Below, one piece after another: positions 29,101-40,713 of a stretch of 64,000 nt of DNA. The notes under the pieces were generated by a model. It was not told the origin of the DNA. It worked only from the letters and a program-made list of their open reading frames with translations, and ran no database searches. The stretch spans positions 6,608,914 to 6,672,913 of the forward strand of contig NC_134034.1 in assembly GCF_964204645.1 (NCBI RefSeq). The letters are read 5' to 3'. This DNA is from Tubulanus polymorphus (Eukaryota; Animalia; Nemertea). Position numbers and translations under genes: made by a program. Each line of letters opens with the position of its first letter. Within the stretch, counting starts at the first letter, position 1.

Positions 29101-32100
29101 GGTGACCGGTTTAAAAAACCTCAAAAATCAATGGGGAAAAAACGGCAGTATTGAGCTCAACGGTGGTCAAATGGCATTGCACCACAGGCACTTGAATATG
29201 GGCTTTGATAATGGATAAATATTTGATAATTTACCAGCGATACATTAATCCTACTTTAATAGATCCGCCATGTTTTATAATAAATTTACCCATGATGCAT
29301 CGGCGCCGGTCGTTTAGCTATAATATACAGAAAGGCTGGAAACGATCCTATCTCCATAATGCTTAAATCTACCCGCAGTTATCGGGACAGCCGAACACTG
29401 CCGATGATTGCCGAAGTACGTCCTTAGTGTCAATTTTAATCCTGAAATATAGGAGCGCCCATAATTTCAATTGTAGATGATTTTTTGGAAACATTGACAC
29501 TGTTTTAGCTCCATTAAAGATTTTAAATGGCAACAAAATTGATTTTTGAAAATTCGCGATGCCTCTTCGGGATTGCTGTGACGTCATCTGTCCCGATAAC
29601 TGCGGGTAGATTTAAGCATTACGGAGATAGGATCGTTTCCAGCCTTTCTGTATAGTATAGCTAAACGACCGGCGCGCGTTGCATCATGGGTGAATTTATT
29701 ATAAAACATGGCGGAAATATTAAAGTAGGATTAACGTATCGCTGGTAAATTATCAAATATTTATCCATTATCAAAGCCCATATTCAAGTGCCTGTGATTG
29801 CACATACATATTTCTTTGTATTTCATATGATCCCTGATGTTTTGCCTACTTATATTATATAACACATGTGTTTCAATGAAAATCACATATTTATTTATTT
29901 ACTATTTCAATATAATATCCTGGTTATGATGAAGCCTATTTTGAACACCTGAAAGAATAGTGTAAATTTATACATGATTGATAAATGATCCGACTTTGGA
30001 CAACAATTTGAATAGATTGGGATCACACTTTACACTACAACATAGGCGAGTTTCCGATTATTAAAATCCGACTTTGGGACAGAAATTTACTTGTAAATAA
30101 GAAGAAAAACACGGGACCTCTGAATTTATACGACTTGTCCATTTATCTGACTTTTGCGGATCAGACTTATGCAAGGTTTACTGTCAGACTTATGCAAGGT
30201 TTACTGTATTATAGCAGAAGATGAGCATGTAGTTGAGAGTTTTCAGTTTGGTAAAACATTGTTGCTGAAAATACTAAGTAATCGCAAGGTGTATAAGTCA
30301 AGGTCAATAAAGAAGTGGTAAAATCAGGGGTTAAAACTCACCGGTTTTATGTTCAGTTAGCATTCTCAGCCACACTGGATGAGGTTGCAAGGCTTTCAAT
30401 ATTCAGCCACCTTCTTATCGGTCATATGAAAAATGTTTTTTCAAAATACTTTTTTCCCTGCACCTTCCCTAACAAATTTTGGACATGAACCACAAACGAA
30501 GGTATATTTTTTGCCTTATTTGACTTATTTGATAATTCTTTGGAAAAGATCAAATACAATATAAAATAGAACATATTGAACTCAATAAAGGGCAATTTAT
30601 ATTTAACTGAATTTGGATGGATTACCTCATAGACCAGTACCAGTTAAGGCGAAGTCTACTGTAACTTCATTGGACTGAAGATGATTAAAGGTTCTTTAGG
30701 TCTTTTGTTACTCAGGCCTGCCTGCACTCATGAAAACATTTTCAATGAATAATCTAACTGAGCAAAAGATGTAATTAAAAATATGAGTCGAACACTGCAG
30801 GGTGTCTAAAAATTATGTGTCATTACCTATTATTGATAAAAAGGTTTGTTAGACCAAGATGTTTGCTCGAGGATGGAATGATGAAATGCAAAAATAAGTC
30901 GTACATGGCAGTGTGTTTTCTGACTGGCCCTGAAATAGAGTTGAACCAATACAAGGTATAAGGATTGTTGCATTGTGTATGCTTATTATGTCTCCCCGGT
31001 GGGAGCATTGCATTATATTTCAATCCTTAGCGCGATACAAGCTGAAATTCTTGGTGGATTTTAGTCAAAAGCTAGACTAATTGAAATGCTAAGAGTAACC
31101 AATACAGCCTATAATTGTTGATGTATTTCCATGAAACTTGGTTTAAGGATAGGATCAGGTAAATTGATCACCCCTAATAAAAATCGAGGTCATCGGTAAT
31201 CAAACAGGGCCGCCAGGGTGGCCATCTTGAATTTCTTGTTAGCATGATACAGCCGTCACAATTCTTTATGGATCTTCATGAAACTCAATGTGGAAATTGG
31301 GTTAGGTGAGATTTTCACTCCTATTGAAAATGGAGGTTATCGGCCATTGGGCAGCCATTTTGAATTTCTTGTTGGCGTATTATAGTCTAGAATTCTTGAA
31401 ATTTAGTGGGTGGGTTTGGACATGTAAGATTTGCGCCCCTATCAAAAATGGAGGTAGGCAGTCAACATTTGAATTTCTTGGTTCCTCAATACAGCATTCA
31501 ATTCTTGGTAGGTTTTGATTAATCTTTGTGTTAGAATTGGGGTAGGTGAGATGTCTGCCCCTATTGAAAATAGAGAATTTCGGCCATTAAATATGGCCAC
31601 CAGAGTAGCCATCTTGAATTTTTTGTTAATGCAATACAGCCTATAATTCTACATTTATTGTCATGAAATTTAGTGGATGGCTTTAAAAACTTCAAACTTA
31701 CCCTTGGTTTACCTTGATTTGAGACATGACAATTAGATCAACTGAGACAGATTGATAAAATTTGATCAGATGATTTTGATTAGACTCATTGATAAATTGT
31801 TATTCCTCTTTACTAATTAAGCCTCTCTGGAACTTGTTCAATATCATTAACATTTTTACCAATGCACAGTTGTGCGTGATGTAGAATTTTGACATATCAG
31901 ATTAAGAACTTCTCAAAATCTGTTACTTTCTGTACTGTAAAGTCCTCAGTTCCAGCTGGTGGTGTTTTTGAGTACCTTTGTTTTTACAATTCCCCACAGA
32001 AAATTTTCACAAGGAATGAAATCACGATAGGTAGAACACAATATCCGTGTTGAGGCGATGAGGAGAGAATCCCACAATGATAATAAAAAGTCCGAAAATG

Positions 32101-32925
32101 AAACTTCGAGATAGTAGTTTATTTCAACGTTTCGACTATATCCTAATAGTCATCTTCAGGAATAATGAGATACTACAGAAATTATGAGATATATATACAA
32201 TCCAGAGACAAAGAGGCTAATTCAAGTAATCAGAGATGATACAAACTAAATCAGTTGATTGGGTGTTTTTTAATCAATTTTTCAACTGGCAGTGGATCAT
32301 CTATCAAACATACACAATGGAACAATTCGTAACTTTGGTTCGACACTTGTGGTCCATTGAAAAAACACACTATTCCTCAGCCATGCATGTATATAAATCA
32401 TGAGTAACAATTTAGGGTGACCCTGTTTAAGGTGTCTCAAAAATTTGTTACCATGCTTTAGATTATTCATTAACTATAAATGAATTAAACTTTTTGGGAA
32501 GTAAGGTTGGTAGACTTGAATGTTTGCTTGAGGATGGAATGTTGAAATGCAAAAATATTACTGTGCACGAGCATGTTTTTGAATGATCCTTAAAACGGAG
32601 CCGAGCCCAATACAGGAGATAAGGATTATACATACACAATGAAGCAATCCGCGATTTTGGTTCGACACCATATTCATGGCCTTTCAAAAGCACGCCAGTG
32701 CTCAGCCATGCATAGCCTATCATTACATTTTAACATTACCCTGATGCATCCAGGAAATTTACCTGAATTTAATCCTAATGTTTTCTTTTATGACAGGAAT
32801 ATACGAGTAAACAACTAACTGCGTTAGTGAATAGTATGTCTCACATTAGTCGTAAAGGACGCCAGCGAGCTCTCAGTTGTTTAGAGGAAAATGAGCAAAG
32901 ACCCAAGTGGCTTCCAAGTGTATAA
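1982..32925 (+). CDS. VPS50: VPS50/syndetin (EARP complex subunit), 3' part of a spliced gene; upstream exons lie outside the window
   Basis: 11 GT-AG exons join in frame (1359 nt). Peptides match remembered VPS50 motifs: [76 protein letters not shown]. Confidence 0.95.
2549..2613 (+). CDS. VPS50: VPS50 exon ([21 protein letters not shown])
   Basis: tttcag|GAA and AAG|gtaatt; phase 0-2 fits the neighbouring exons; acidic linker. Confidence 0.75.
2889..2968 (+). CDS. VPS50: VPS50 exon ([27 protein letters not shown])
   Basis: aag|G acceptor (less certain), G|gtaaga donor; PLITNTTL motif. Confidence 0.82.
3961..4052 (+). CDS. VPS50: VPS50 exon ([31 protein letters not shown])
   Basis: ttgcag| acceptor, |gtaagt donor; highly conserved peptide. 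Confidence 0.95.
4813..4959 (+). CDS. VPS50: VPS50 exon (VYSFFALD...[13 protein letters not shown]...)
   Basis: tttcag| acceptor; donor AGG|gtaaga at 4960, with an alternative in-frame gtgagg at 4954. Confidence 0.88.
5065..6126. mobile_element. Non-autonomous hAT-like MITE
   Basis: TIRs cagacctgcttacccc / ggggtaagcaggtctg; subterminal TACGG and ACTACTGA repeats; flanks cgacag/ctacag. Confidence 0.75.
6628..7592 (+). mobile_element. HINE/DINE-like (Helentron-associated) element with an internal ~144-bp tandem array
   Basis: Subterminal IR tgtcccccgcg / cgcgggggaca, (GTCC)n microsatellite, about 4.5 repeats containing caaaggtcaaggtca; boundaries approximate. Confidence 0.7.
7925..9158 (+). 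mobile_element. 5'-truncated RTE-clade LINE (RT C-terminal half; ORF 7922-9091 uninterrupted)
   Basis: [36 protein letters not shown] motifs; (GAT)-like tail; TSD agtatttg at 7917-7924 and 9159-9166. Confidence 0.93.
11794..11891 (+). CDS. VPS50: VPS50 exon ([32 protein letters not shown])
   Basis: ttttcag| and |gtaagt; [10 protein letters not shown] motif. Confidence 0.95.
13574..13736. mobile_element. Harbinger/PIF-like MITE
   Basis: TIR gggatcattcatttattacgtac, flanked by TAA on both sides. Confidence 0.75.
14387..14483 (+). CDS. VPS50: VPS50 exon ([32 protein letters not shown])
   Basis: ttgcag| and CAG|gtgagt; phase 2-0. Confidence 0.93.
14819..16045. mobile_element. hAT-like MITE with a nested ggccatcc-TIR MITE (~15291-15762)
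   Basis: TIR cagggttc/gaaccctg, GCTTGAA subterminal repeats, tctata on both flanks; nested element has ends ggccatcc/ggatggcc. Confidence 0.7.
16859..17046. repeat. Fold-back (~85-bp arms) of a Penelope-like element end with a degenerate hammerhead core
   Basis: aaaaacccacaataaaaagaaaaactatctggtagtttaacgtttcaa... mirrored; tgaaaatggctcatagaattgagttgaaacgtt. Confidence 0.65.
18188..19330 (+). repeat. ~1.15-kb dispersed non-autonomous element; second copy at 53082-56348
   Basis: Colinear high similarity from ggtt(t/c)acctttgtcagc to tttgcccatgggcaatttatt. Confidence 0.85.
19701..19859 (+). CDS. VPS50: VPS50 exon ([13 protein letters not shown]...[21 protein letters not shown])
   Basis: ttgcag| and CAG|gtcagt; 53 codons. 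Confidence 0.95.
21220..21341 (+). CDS. VPS50: VPS50 exon (ELNTFGQKL...[17 protein letters not shown])
   Basis: tttag| and GG|gtaagt; LWEH and VEG motifs. Confidence 0.92.
21374..23626 (-). mobile_element. MULE/Mutator-type DNA transposon, decayed
   Basis: ~100-bp TIRs beginning ggtaagcgattttttctaccggccacag; 9-bp TSD tgcaatcat/tgcaatcgt; weak CxFHxxQ-like remnant on the - strand near 22.15 kb. Confidence 0.85.
26401..28711 (+). mobile_element. Internally deleted Gypsy LTR retrotransposon
   Basis: ~230-bp LTRs 26401-26631 and 28482-28711; PBS tggtgtcagaagt (tRNA-Leu-like); PPT aacaaggggga; broken gag with [14 protein letters not shown] knuckle, protease [12 protein letters not shown]; no RT/INT. 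Confidence 0.92.
28788..28977 (+). CDS. VPS50: VPS50 exon ([27 protein letters not shown]...WVKEHK)
   Basis: ttcag| and AAG|gtacat; syndetin C-terminal domain. Confidence 0.96.
29043..30207. mobile_element. Tc1/mariner-like MITE hosting a fold-back MITE
   Basis: ta-cagtagac ... gtttactg-ta ends. Confidence 0.5.
29183..29796. mobile_element. Long-TIR MITE, P-element-like
   Basis: ~208-bp near-perfect TIRs starting CACAGGCAC; 7-bp TSD attgcac at 29176-29182 and 29797-29803. Confidence 0.88.
32042..32260 (-). mobile_element. Penelope-like element end with a hammerhead core; same family as 40714-40951
   Basis: Reverse complement reads cctgaagatgactattaggatatagtcgaaacgttg. Confidence 0.7.
32797..32925 (+). 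CDS. VPS50: VPS50 last coding exon ([12 protein letters not shown]...RPKWLPSV*)
   Basis: gacag|GAA acceptor, TAA at 32923-32925; EYxxKQLxxLVN motif. Confidence 0.93.
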   Translation, partial: EYTSKQLTALVNSMSHISRKGRQRALSCLEENEQRPKWLPSV

Positions 32926-34479
32926 CAGCAGCTTTAAAACACGTAGAGTAATTTGTTAAGAGGAAACAAACAGTAACTGTTACAGTTACTGTTCAATCTC
33001 GATTATATCAATCAATATCGAAGAATTACTGGCCATCGTCTTAGATGAAGGATACAGTTCTCAAGTGGACACAAACTCACCTAAGTTGTTGTGTATTAGT
33101 CATATCCTGTTTCATCCCTATGGAAAATATATTGTCATCATAGTTTTAAAGAAATCATACTTAGTTTGTGTTAAGTTTATGGAGCCATTGTTGATTTTGG
33201 AAAAACAATTGTGCATCGACCACTGCAGCCAATGATGTCTTCAGAAATTGCAACCTTTGAGCTTGAGTCTCCCTCTTCAAAAACAACGATGGCAATGTAA
33301 AGTTTTTTAAAAATTTTGAAGCAATGAAAAATTAAAGAATGTCAAGAATCTTGCTTTAAGCTAAAAAATTGAAAAGTTGGCCCACCTACCCTTCACATAA
33401 CTTTTTTTTAAAATCATGATTATCTGAACATAACACACATGGCAGCTATAGAAATGAACTGGTAAAAAATTACAGTTTACAAAATGCCCTGCTGATTAGG
33501 AGAAAAAAGTTATCATTTTCAGCCAACTTTGGACTTAACGTCCCAGCGGGTATGTAATGTTCACTTTGTTTCCGTCCATTCGTCTTTAGACAGAATGCAG
33601 ATATTTTGGGATGAGTCGATTGTCTTGATATTTGCTTTGTACCTGTATCTACCATAGACACATCTCTCTCCTAAAGACTGTTTTTGGGAAAAAAACTGGT
33701 TTGAATTATGTCACCCGGTAGGGAGGATGGCATTCTTTTCTACTCAGTGGGTCATGCCCCATTCTCTTTTCCCTCGTTAGCGCTCTACATACTTCAAATT
33801 ACCTGCAATTATCTTGAAAGTTGGTAGCTATCATGTGATATCTATCATGTAGCTATCATGGGATAAACAAATCAAGTAACGCCTATTGAAACGCTTCTCA
33901 CTCATCTAACATGGCCACAATAGTGGACATCTTGACTTTCTTGTCAGCTCTCTCGCTAATCAAGCAAAAGTTTACTTTTAACATACCAGGGTAACGTACG
34001 TAGTGTTATGTTGGTACTTCAGCATATTTTGTTATCACATCAATGGCAAAATTGTTTCTCCTCAGATGTTCTGTGATTGTGGTTAGTTTCAAGGTTATTG
34101 GTTGCAGTATTTTATCACCAGGAGGTGTTGAATATTGAAATTCTCAGATTGTTGTACTTCAAACTACATGTACCTCCTAAGTGAGCACGGTGAACCTGGA
34201 CCCCTAGTTTTCTAGGAATTCTTAAAACAGTTTTTTGCCATAATAAAGTTTATTTTCAAATATATCAATACAAGAATATACAGTATATACACTAGCAAAG
34301 CGTCATTCTGACATTTTATGCTGTGTTGAATGTAAATAGTTTTATATAGTATATTGGCACGATATATTGAAATATAAAAATACAACAGTGTTTGTTATGT
34401 TAGTTACGGGTTAAGATGGTTTTCTGTGCAAATGTTTCAAGGGACAGGGTAAATATTAATTACATATTCAAATTGTTCC

Positions 34480-36300
34480 GAATGAAGTTGGCAGTGTTAG
34501 AAATCAATTGAGTTTGCTTGAAGTTGAGATTTTTGTCACCATGAGGAAGGAAGGAGCATTTTGAGTTGATATCAAGGGTGTCAAAAATATAGAGAAGATA
34601 GTTCTGTTCAAGAAAATGATTGAGTTGGAGAATTGCAGCAAGTTGATTGGGCTTGCGTCACTTAACCCTTTCAGTGCGTCTACACCGCAGTGCAGTGTAT
34701 GAATCGGTGATGGATTTTGCTGTAATTAGTAATTAGTTTTTATCTCTATTGAAAGATGGCAGCACCTGTCAAACATAATGAAATATCAGTAACTAACGAT
34801 ACACCGCACCGTCGTGTATTTGGAATTTTTTCCAAATGTTCACATTTTCTCCAGCACTATAGGGTATTGATTAGTCAGCACTGAAAGGGTTAATAAGGAA
34901 ATGTTTAGTGTCTAGCCGGGTATTACAGTGATCACAAAATGGGTTAATATTGGCAAAATGTGGATAGATGTGTGTGGATAGATGGAATCTTAGGAGGAAG
35001 TCAACACGTAATCTATTAAGACAAATTTCTTCCTTTCGGTTAATATTCTTAAGCGTAGTACTGCTGATGTTGCCGCCACTATTGTATTTAAACATGGTTT
35101 TGGATTTATATAGAGACGGGGTACTGGTATTTGAATTCCGGACAGTGGGGTCAGGTTCTAATAACTAGCAAGTTTGATAGCAGGTGATGACATGAATTTG
35201 GTCGATGAGGAGACTCGAAAGGAAAAGGGTTTATTGTAACGAAGGGTTCTAGTAGGAATCGGCCAGTATTTGTGAAGTATTTCTGAGAGGTACAGCGGGC
35301 AATTATCATTGGCCACCTTATACATATAGATACCTGAACGCCTTTGGCGACGTGATTCCAGAAATGTCCAGTTAAGGTTTTTGAGAACTTTTTGGGTATT
35401 AGACCCGTGGATACAGCCGATACAAGGATACCGGCATGATAGTGGGGTTTATGCAGTATGATGCACTGTTATAAATAATGTCACAGTGATCAAAGTGAGG
35501 GCGAATAAATGACTGATAGAGAACATTAAGATGATATGATTTAACGGTCTTTGATGGGGCTTTCAATGGTTTTAAGATCTTATGGACTTAACATTCCAGT
35601 TGGATTATATGGTGCGAATTATGGAGAGTAAAACCTTAAGTGTTTGTGCAACTGCATTTGTGGAATGGGGTGATTGTTGAGGTAGAGTGGAGAATACTGG
35701 TCCAAGCCACGTTAAGAAAAGAGGACATCACAGCTTTTGCCTGGTTTGAAGTCGAGACCCCAGGATTTCGACTATTGGGAAAATCTGTGGAGGTCACGTT
35801 GGTTTACTGCATTCGATTGATTCGGATCGTTAGGATCAATTGGAATGCATATGGAGGTATCATTAGCATAAATAAAGGAATGGCAAGAGAGACTATCAGG
35901 AAGATCGTTAATATACGTAAGGAAGAGCTGAGGCCCGAGGAATGATCTTTGCAGAACCCCGTAGTTAATAAAATTTTTTGGGGAGGGATTAGACAATGAG
36001 TCATTTACGCGGGTGCACACTTTTCTATTGGATAAATAGCTTTTGAGAAGATTGTGCTCACCTCCTTGAACCCTATAGGATAATAGCTTGTGTAATGATA
36101 GAGCATGGGGAGTCACTTGACGTAGCATCTGCATTTGATGCACTCCCGGAGTGCATCAAATGCAGATGCTACGTCAAGAAAAATGGCACGTACGTGCTGA
36201 TTTTTCTCGAATTTCTCGTGGATGAATGAAGTGATGCTTAAGTAATTGGTCAGAAGTTGAGTACCCTGGTAGGAAGCCTGATTGATTTTTGAAAATGAAG
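34480..36300 (-). mobile_element. CR1/L2-group LINE, RT and 3' region (pseudogenised)
   Basis: IFLDVASAFD, YGVLQRSFLGPQLFLTYINDLP, FIYANDT, FIRPHFDHCDIIY, LNWTFLESRRQR motifs, with stops and frameshifts. Confidence 0.88.
34666..34889. mobile_element. piggyBac-type MITE inserted in the LINE 3' end
   Basis: TTAA-ccctttcagtgc ... gcactgaaaggg-TTAA. Confidence 0.85.
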
Positions 36301-36304
36301 TTAT

Positions 36305-37470
36305 GTGTCAACAGGTGTGACAGCTGTTGGAAATATCATTCGATAAACTGTGTATAAACTTCATTGTAAACTGTGTATAAACCTCATTGTAAAACTGATA
36401 ATCCTTATCATAAGCTGAATTTAAAGTGTGTATTAACTCTATTGTTAAGTCAGAATGCTCTCCGTACTGGTCAAAATCATTGTTTTTCATTGTGTCAGGG
36501 TATAAATACGTGTCCAGGAATAAATCTGGGTGCATTTCATATCATACGCTGGTCGTTGCTGGTTCCGTTGTTTGTATTTCGGTATTGAATCTTCGCTAGT
36601 CTGTACTTTCTACGACATAAATTGGTGCCGTGACCCGGATGACGCAAACACCTGAGGAGCTGTCTAGGCTGGTGAAGAGTAGAGGTGGTCACCGCGGTCA
36701 GGTGACGAAAATGGTGTCACAATTGGACAAATTGTTTGCTGTGGCAGATGTCGATACCTTCAAACATCGGACGAAATAGAATCGCTCATCGGAGGATTGA
36801 AGCGTCAACTACGAAATATTCGCGAGGTCGACGAAAATATTCTAAAGCTAACAACCCTAGACGATTTGGAAGAGGAAGTCAGTAACGCGGTTGAGTACAC
36901 CGAAGACCTTGAACGCAGAATTCACTGCCTTGGTATGTCTCACTTACGCTTATCATCGAAATTGAACCCGGATGCCAACGAATTTAGAAGAACTAGTGTT
37001 CACAGCAGATTACCTAAACTGACTTTGCATAAATTCTAAGGCGATATTAAAGACTTCCCTGAATTCTGGGACAGCTATAATGCTGCTGTACATCAAGTAT
37101 CGGATTTGAGTGACGTTGAGAAATTTAACTATTTGCGGAGTCTGTTAGAAGGGGAACCTGCAAGGGCAATTTCTGGTTTAACTCTTACAACTGCTAACTA
37201 TGGTATCGCTATAGATATTCTACTTGAAAGATATGGCCAGGAGCATAAGATTGTTAACGACTATATGAACGCCAAGTTAGAGTTTAAACCACCCAGTTAT
37301 AATCAGATTTCATTACGCGAGTCCTGTGATTCAATTGAAAAAAGGGGTACGTCTACAAGCTCTTGGACAGGGACCGGAAACTTATGCTAAGTTGTTGGTG
37401 CCTGTTATCGTAAAAAAGTTGCCTAAATGTGTGATAGAGAATATAGCTCGTCAGAATAGCGGTAATTTAG
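36305..37470 (+). mobile_element. BEL/Pao LTR retrotransposon, 5' half (LTR, PBS, gag)
   Basis: LTR ending ..gaca at 36617; PBS tggtgccgtgacccggat (tRNA-His-like) at 36623-36640; RLPKLTL..F, EFWDSY, EKFNYLRSLLEGE (DUF1759-type gag). Confidence 0.9.
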
Positions 37471-37499
37471 ATATAATAATAATCTATATTGTAGTTTTT

Positions 37500-37760
37500 T
37501 TAGAAGAATTTATGAGTATCATTTGAGATGACTCCACTTAAGGCCATGGCCTCGGTACTAGCAATATTTTCTAAGAAGTTGAAGCGTAGCCCGCAGTCAG
37601 CAGTCAAGCTATTCATGTTGCTGTACAGAATTGAATCGCCGTCAATCGGACCTGGATTGAGTTCAACATCGCTGCTAAGCAGTATAGAGAATTTCGAAAA
37701 CAACGTAGTTAAACAGAGATAGCAGGTGAGATATACAGTACATGTATTTAGATTTAGCAT
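37500..37760 (-). mobile_element. LINE ORF2 N-terminus with a 2A-like motif and the start of the APE domain
   Basis: LLSSDVELNPGP followed by ILYSNMNSL. Confidence 0.75.
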
Positions 37761-37923
37761 AACTCGTTTAACGCGACACAGTAAATGAAACTACAAGTAA
37801 ATAATTATGAAGTACACCATACGAAGGCTATACAAGGCTAATACCGTTACCATTATGAGAATAGAGTACCACAGTCTACCTTAACCTATACAAAATATAT
37901 ATTGCAGTAAGTAGACCCAAAAC

Positions 37924-40260
37924 TGTTGGGTGAAGATAAGTGAGACAAGTTTCGAAAATGAATGTTGTCTTTGGAAGAGCCCGTTGCCGGTGGGGACTTA
38001 TTGACAATTTTAGTAACGCCGGCCGAATATATACAATAATTCAATTCCATTTAGACAGCAAGTATTATAAACATTTCAAGAGCGCAATTAATCATCATCG
38101 GACTCCTCCGCCCTGCGCGAAACTTGACGAACATTTGCTTCTGCTGCAACTGCACCCGCTCTCTTCGGACGTGTTGATACCGGAGCATCACTCACTGAAG
38201 AACTTATTACGGGTTCCTTAGCGCAAACCTCTAACGGATACAAACAATTAATAGCTCTTTTCGTAAATCCGGTTGATGTTTTAAGAGATACGGATCTCAC
38301 GTGGCCATCGTTTCCTCGATGTAATTCAGTAACTACACCTAGACGCCACCTTAAACGAGGACCGCTATCGTGAATTTGAACTACTGAACCGACCTTGGCC
38401 CGTAGTACGGTGAAACTCGCGTAAACTTAACACATATTCACCTTTCCATCTATTCCAAAATTGTGTAATCAATAAATCCAAATAATTTTATCTTTTCACA
38501 AATTTCTCATTATCAACACGTAACTCTGGATCAGAATTATCAAAATCTGCAACCAGAACAGAGGTAAGACGATGTCCACAAAGGAGCATGGACGGACTAA
38601 GAGGTTCCGAGTCGCGTACATCATCAGATATATACGTAATTGGACGGTCATTTAATCGACCTTCAATCTGCGTTACTAAAGTATGCAACTCATCAAATGT
38701 CACGGAGGTTCTACCTAGCACCTTATAAATTGATGATTTCACCAAAGCTACTAATCGTTCATAAAATCCGCCGTGCGACAGCGCACGTTTTGGTATGAAT
38801 TTCCAAATAATCCCTTGTTGGGATGAATATGTCGAAAACTCTACTGCAGAAAAAATGCGGATCAGAATATCATTAGCACAAAAGAACGTAGATGCATTCT
38901 CAGAAATGAGCTGTTTAGGTACGGACCTACGTGACACAAATCTCTTGAATGCTAATATGAATTTTTTTGTAGTAAGATCTGACACAAGCTCCAAATGAAC
39001 TGCACGGCTCACCGTGCATGTAAACAAACAAACGTGAGTTTTTACATCATCTCCACCTTTCGATCTTACGAACAAAGGCCCCAGATAATCCTCACCTGCG
39101 GAATCGAAGCATGGTACTTCTGTGATTCGAGATATCGGCAAGGGTGGAGGATCTGAGAGCCTGTAAGGTTTACATGATGATTTGCGACTTACAACACATT
39201 TTCTAAGTATGATCTTTACAAGTTGTCGAATCTGCAGAATCCAATAGACCTCTCCGAGTTTTGCGATAGTAAAATTAACTCCAGAATGAAAGTTGTAACA
39301 ATGCTGTCTGTACACTATCAAACGAATAAGGTAATGATATTTAGGAAGTAGTATTGGGGTCTTAGCAGAATCGATAATAGGAGCATTTTGCAATCTCCCT
39401 CTAAATCTTATCAAATTATCTTTACCTATATATAATTGTAATTGATTGACAATAACCAAGCAAGAACTGTTGAGTTTATACATGTAGATGGATTATTTTC
39501 AATCAAATTTAGTTCATTTGATTTTCATCGGTTCAGTTATAGATTTATTTTGTTGCATGTCTTTGGCATGTACATGCCCCCCCCCCCCCTGTGAAAATTC
39601 GGGCATTCATAACTTGGCATTGGATCATGGTTCCCGATACAAGAAATAAGCTGCCAAATTCTTCTGCGAGTAACTTATATAATATATAATACATATATAT
39701 ATTAGCTTGTACTATCCTTTGTACTTCAAGTTAAATGTTAAATCTGTAGTGTAAATGTGCCTTATAATATATGTTTTGCATAAACGGCAATAAAAGAAAG
39801 AATGATGTCAGTTTGGAAAATTAATGGTTTAGTAATATCGATTCGGGTGACCATAAGAACCTTTGTTACCCTGAACCATCGTCAATTGTTTGCGTACCTT
39901 TGGAAACTCAGAATCTTATCCACCAATATTCTGCGGAATGCATTTCTTCCGCTGTAATTCTACCCTGAAGACTTGGGGTAACTCCGGCTCTGCAGTTGTT
40001 GATGAATCGAAACACCAGTGAAGACAATCGTAACAAACTAACAGAAAAACAATTATAATCAACAAACGGTAACGGTGCATCGAAAACATCATTATCAGTG
40101 GACATAACATGGATTTCAGAATCATCAATGGCCATCGAAAGGTATTCTGGCCTAACATTACTGCAGTCTGGACCATGGAACCAGAATTTATACAACTCAC
40201 GTAGTTTAGAACAATCAACACCTCGAGTGAGCAAATCAGCAGGATTTTTTACAATTACAT
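37924..40260 (-). mobile_element. BEL/Pao LTR retrotransposon, 3' half (RNase H end, integrase, 3' LTR)
   Basis: NPADLLTRG, RGRLQNA, DYLGP, CLFTCTVSRAVHLELV, GGFYERLV, LNDRPI, W-LG-V, LYPLE motifs; purine tract near 38110; LTR ending ..caaca at 37924. Confidence 0.9.
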
Positions 40261-40713
40261 AGCAACTTCTTGTTTTGTGTCTAAATGTATTTGTTAGTTG
40301 TGATTGTAAAGTAATTAGTCATATGTTCTTTCTGTCTTTGTTTATGGCATGTTGTTGCTCAAATTGTCTACTCACTGTCTGTCGCCTTTGTTTGTCATAC
40401 CTAAGTTTTTGGTACTATGCAGGAATATATATATATGGATATAAGAGTCAGTTGAAATAGAATGAGCAGACACAACACACACTTTTAGTTGGCAGTTTGT
40501 ACGGAGCAGTTGTTGCGGTCGGAAGCCGACCAAGCATTTGAATAAAATGTATTTTATCAAGATGGAATTGATGACTTTGGATTCATTTTGACGAGCTAGT
40601 TCCCGAGCACACTGATAATGCTACTTATTACAATTGGTGGAGAACCCGGGCAAGATCTGACAAGCACTGCAGGTTAACAATCTTGTGCCTAGTTTTGGAT
40701 AAGAAATGGCTGT

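Noticed and set aside
32905-32925. VPS50 C-terminal LPSV as a PDZ-binding motif
   Set aside because: Position -2 is Pro, not Ser/Thr or a typical hydrophobic residue.
36305-40260. One BEL element with an internal inversion
   Set aside because: The LTR before gag (36305-36617) and the LTR after the integrase (37924-38100) show no visible similarity, so they are treated as two elements.
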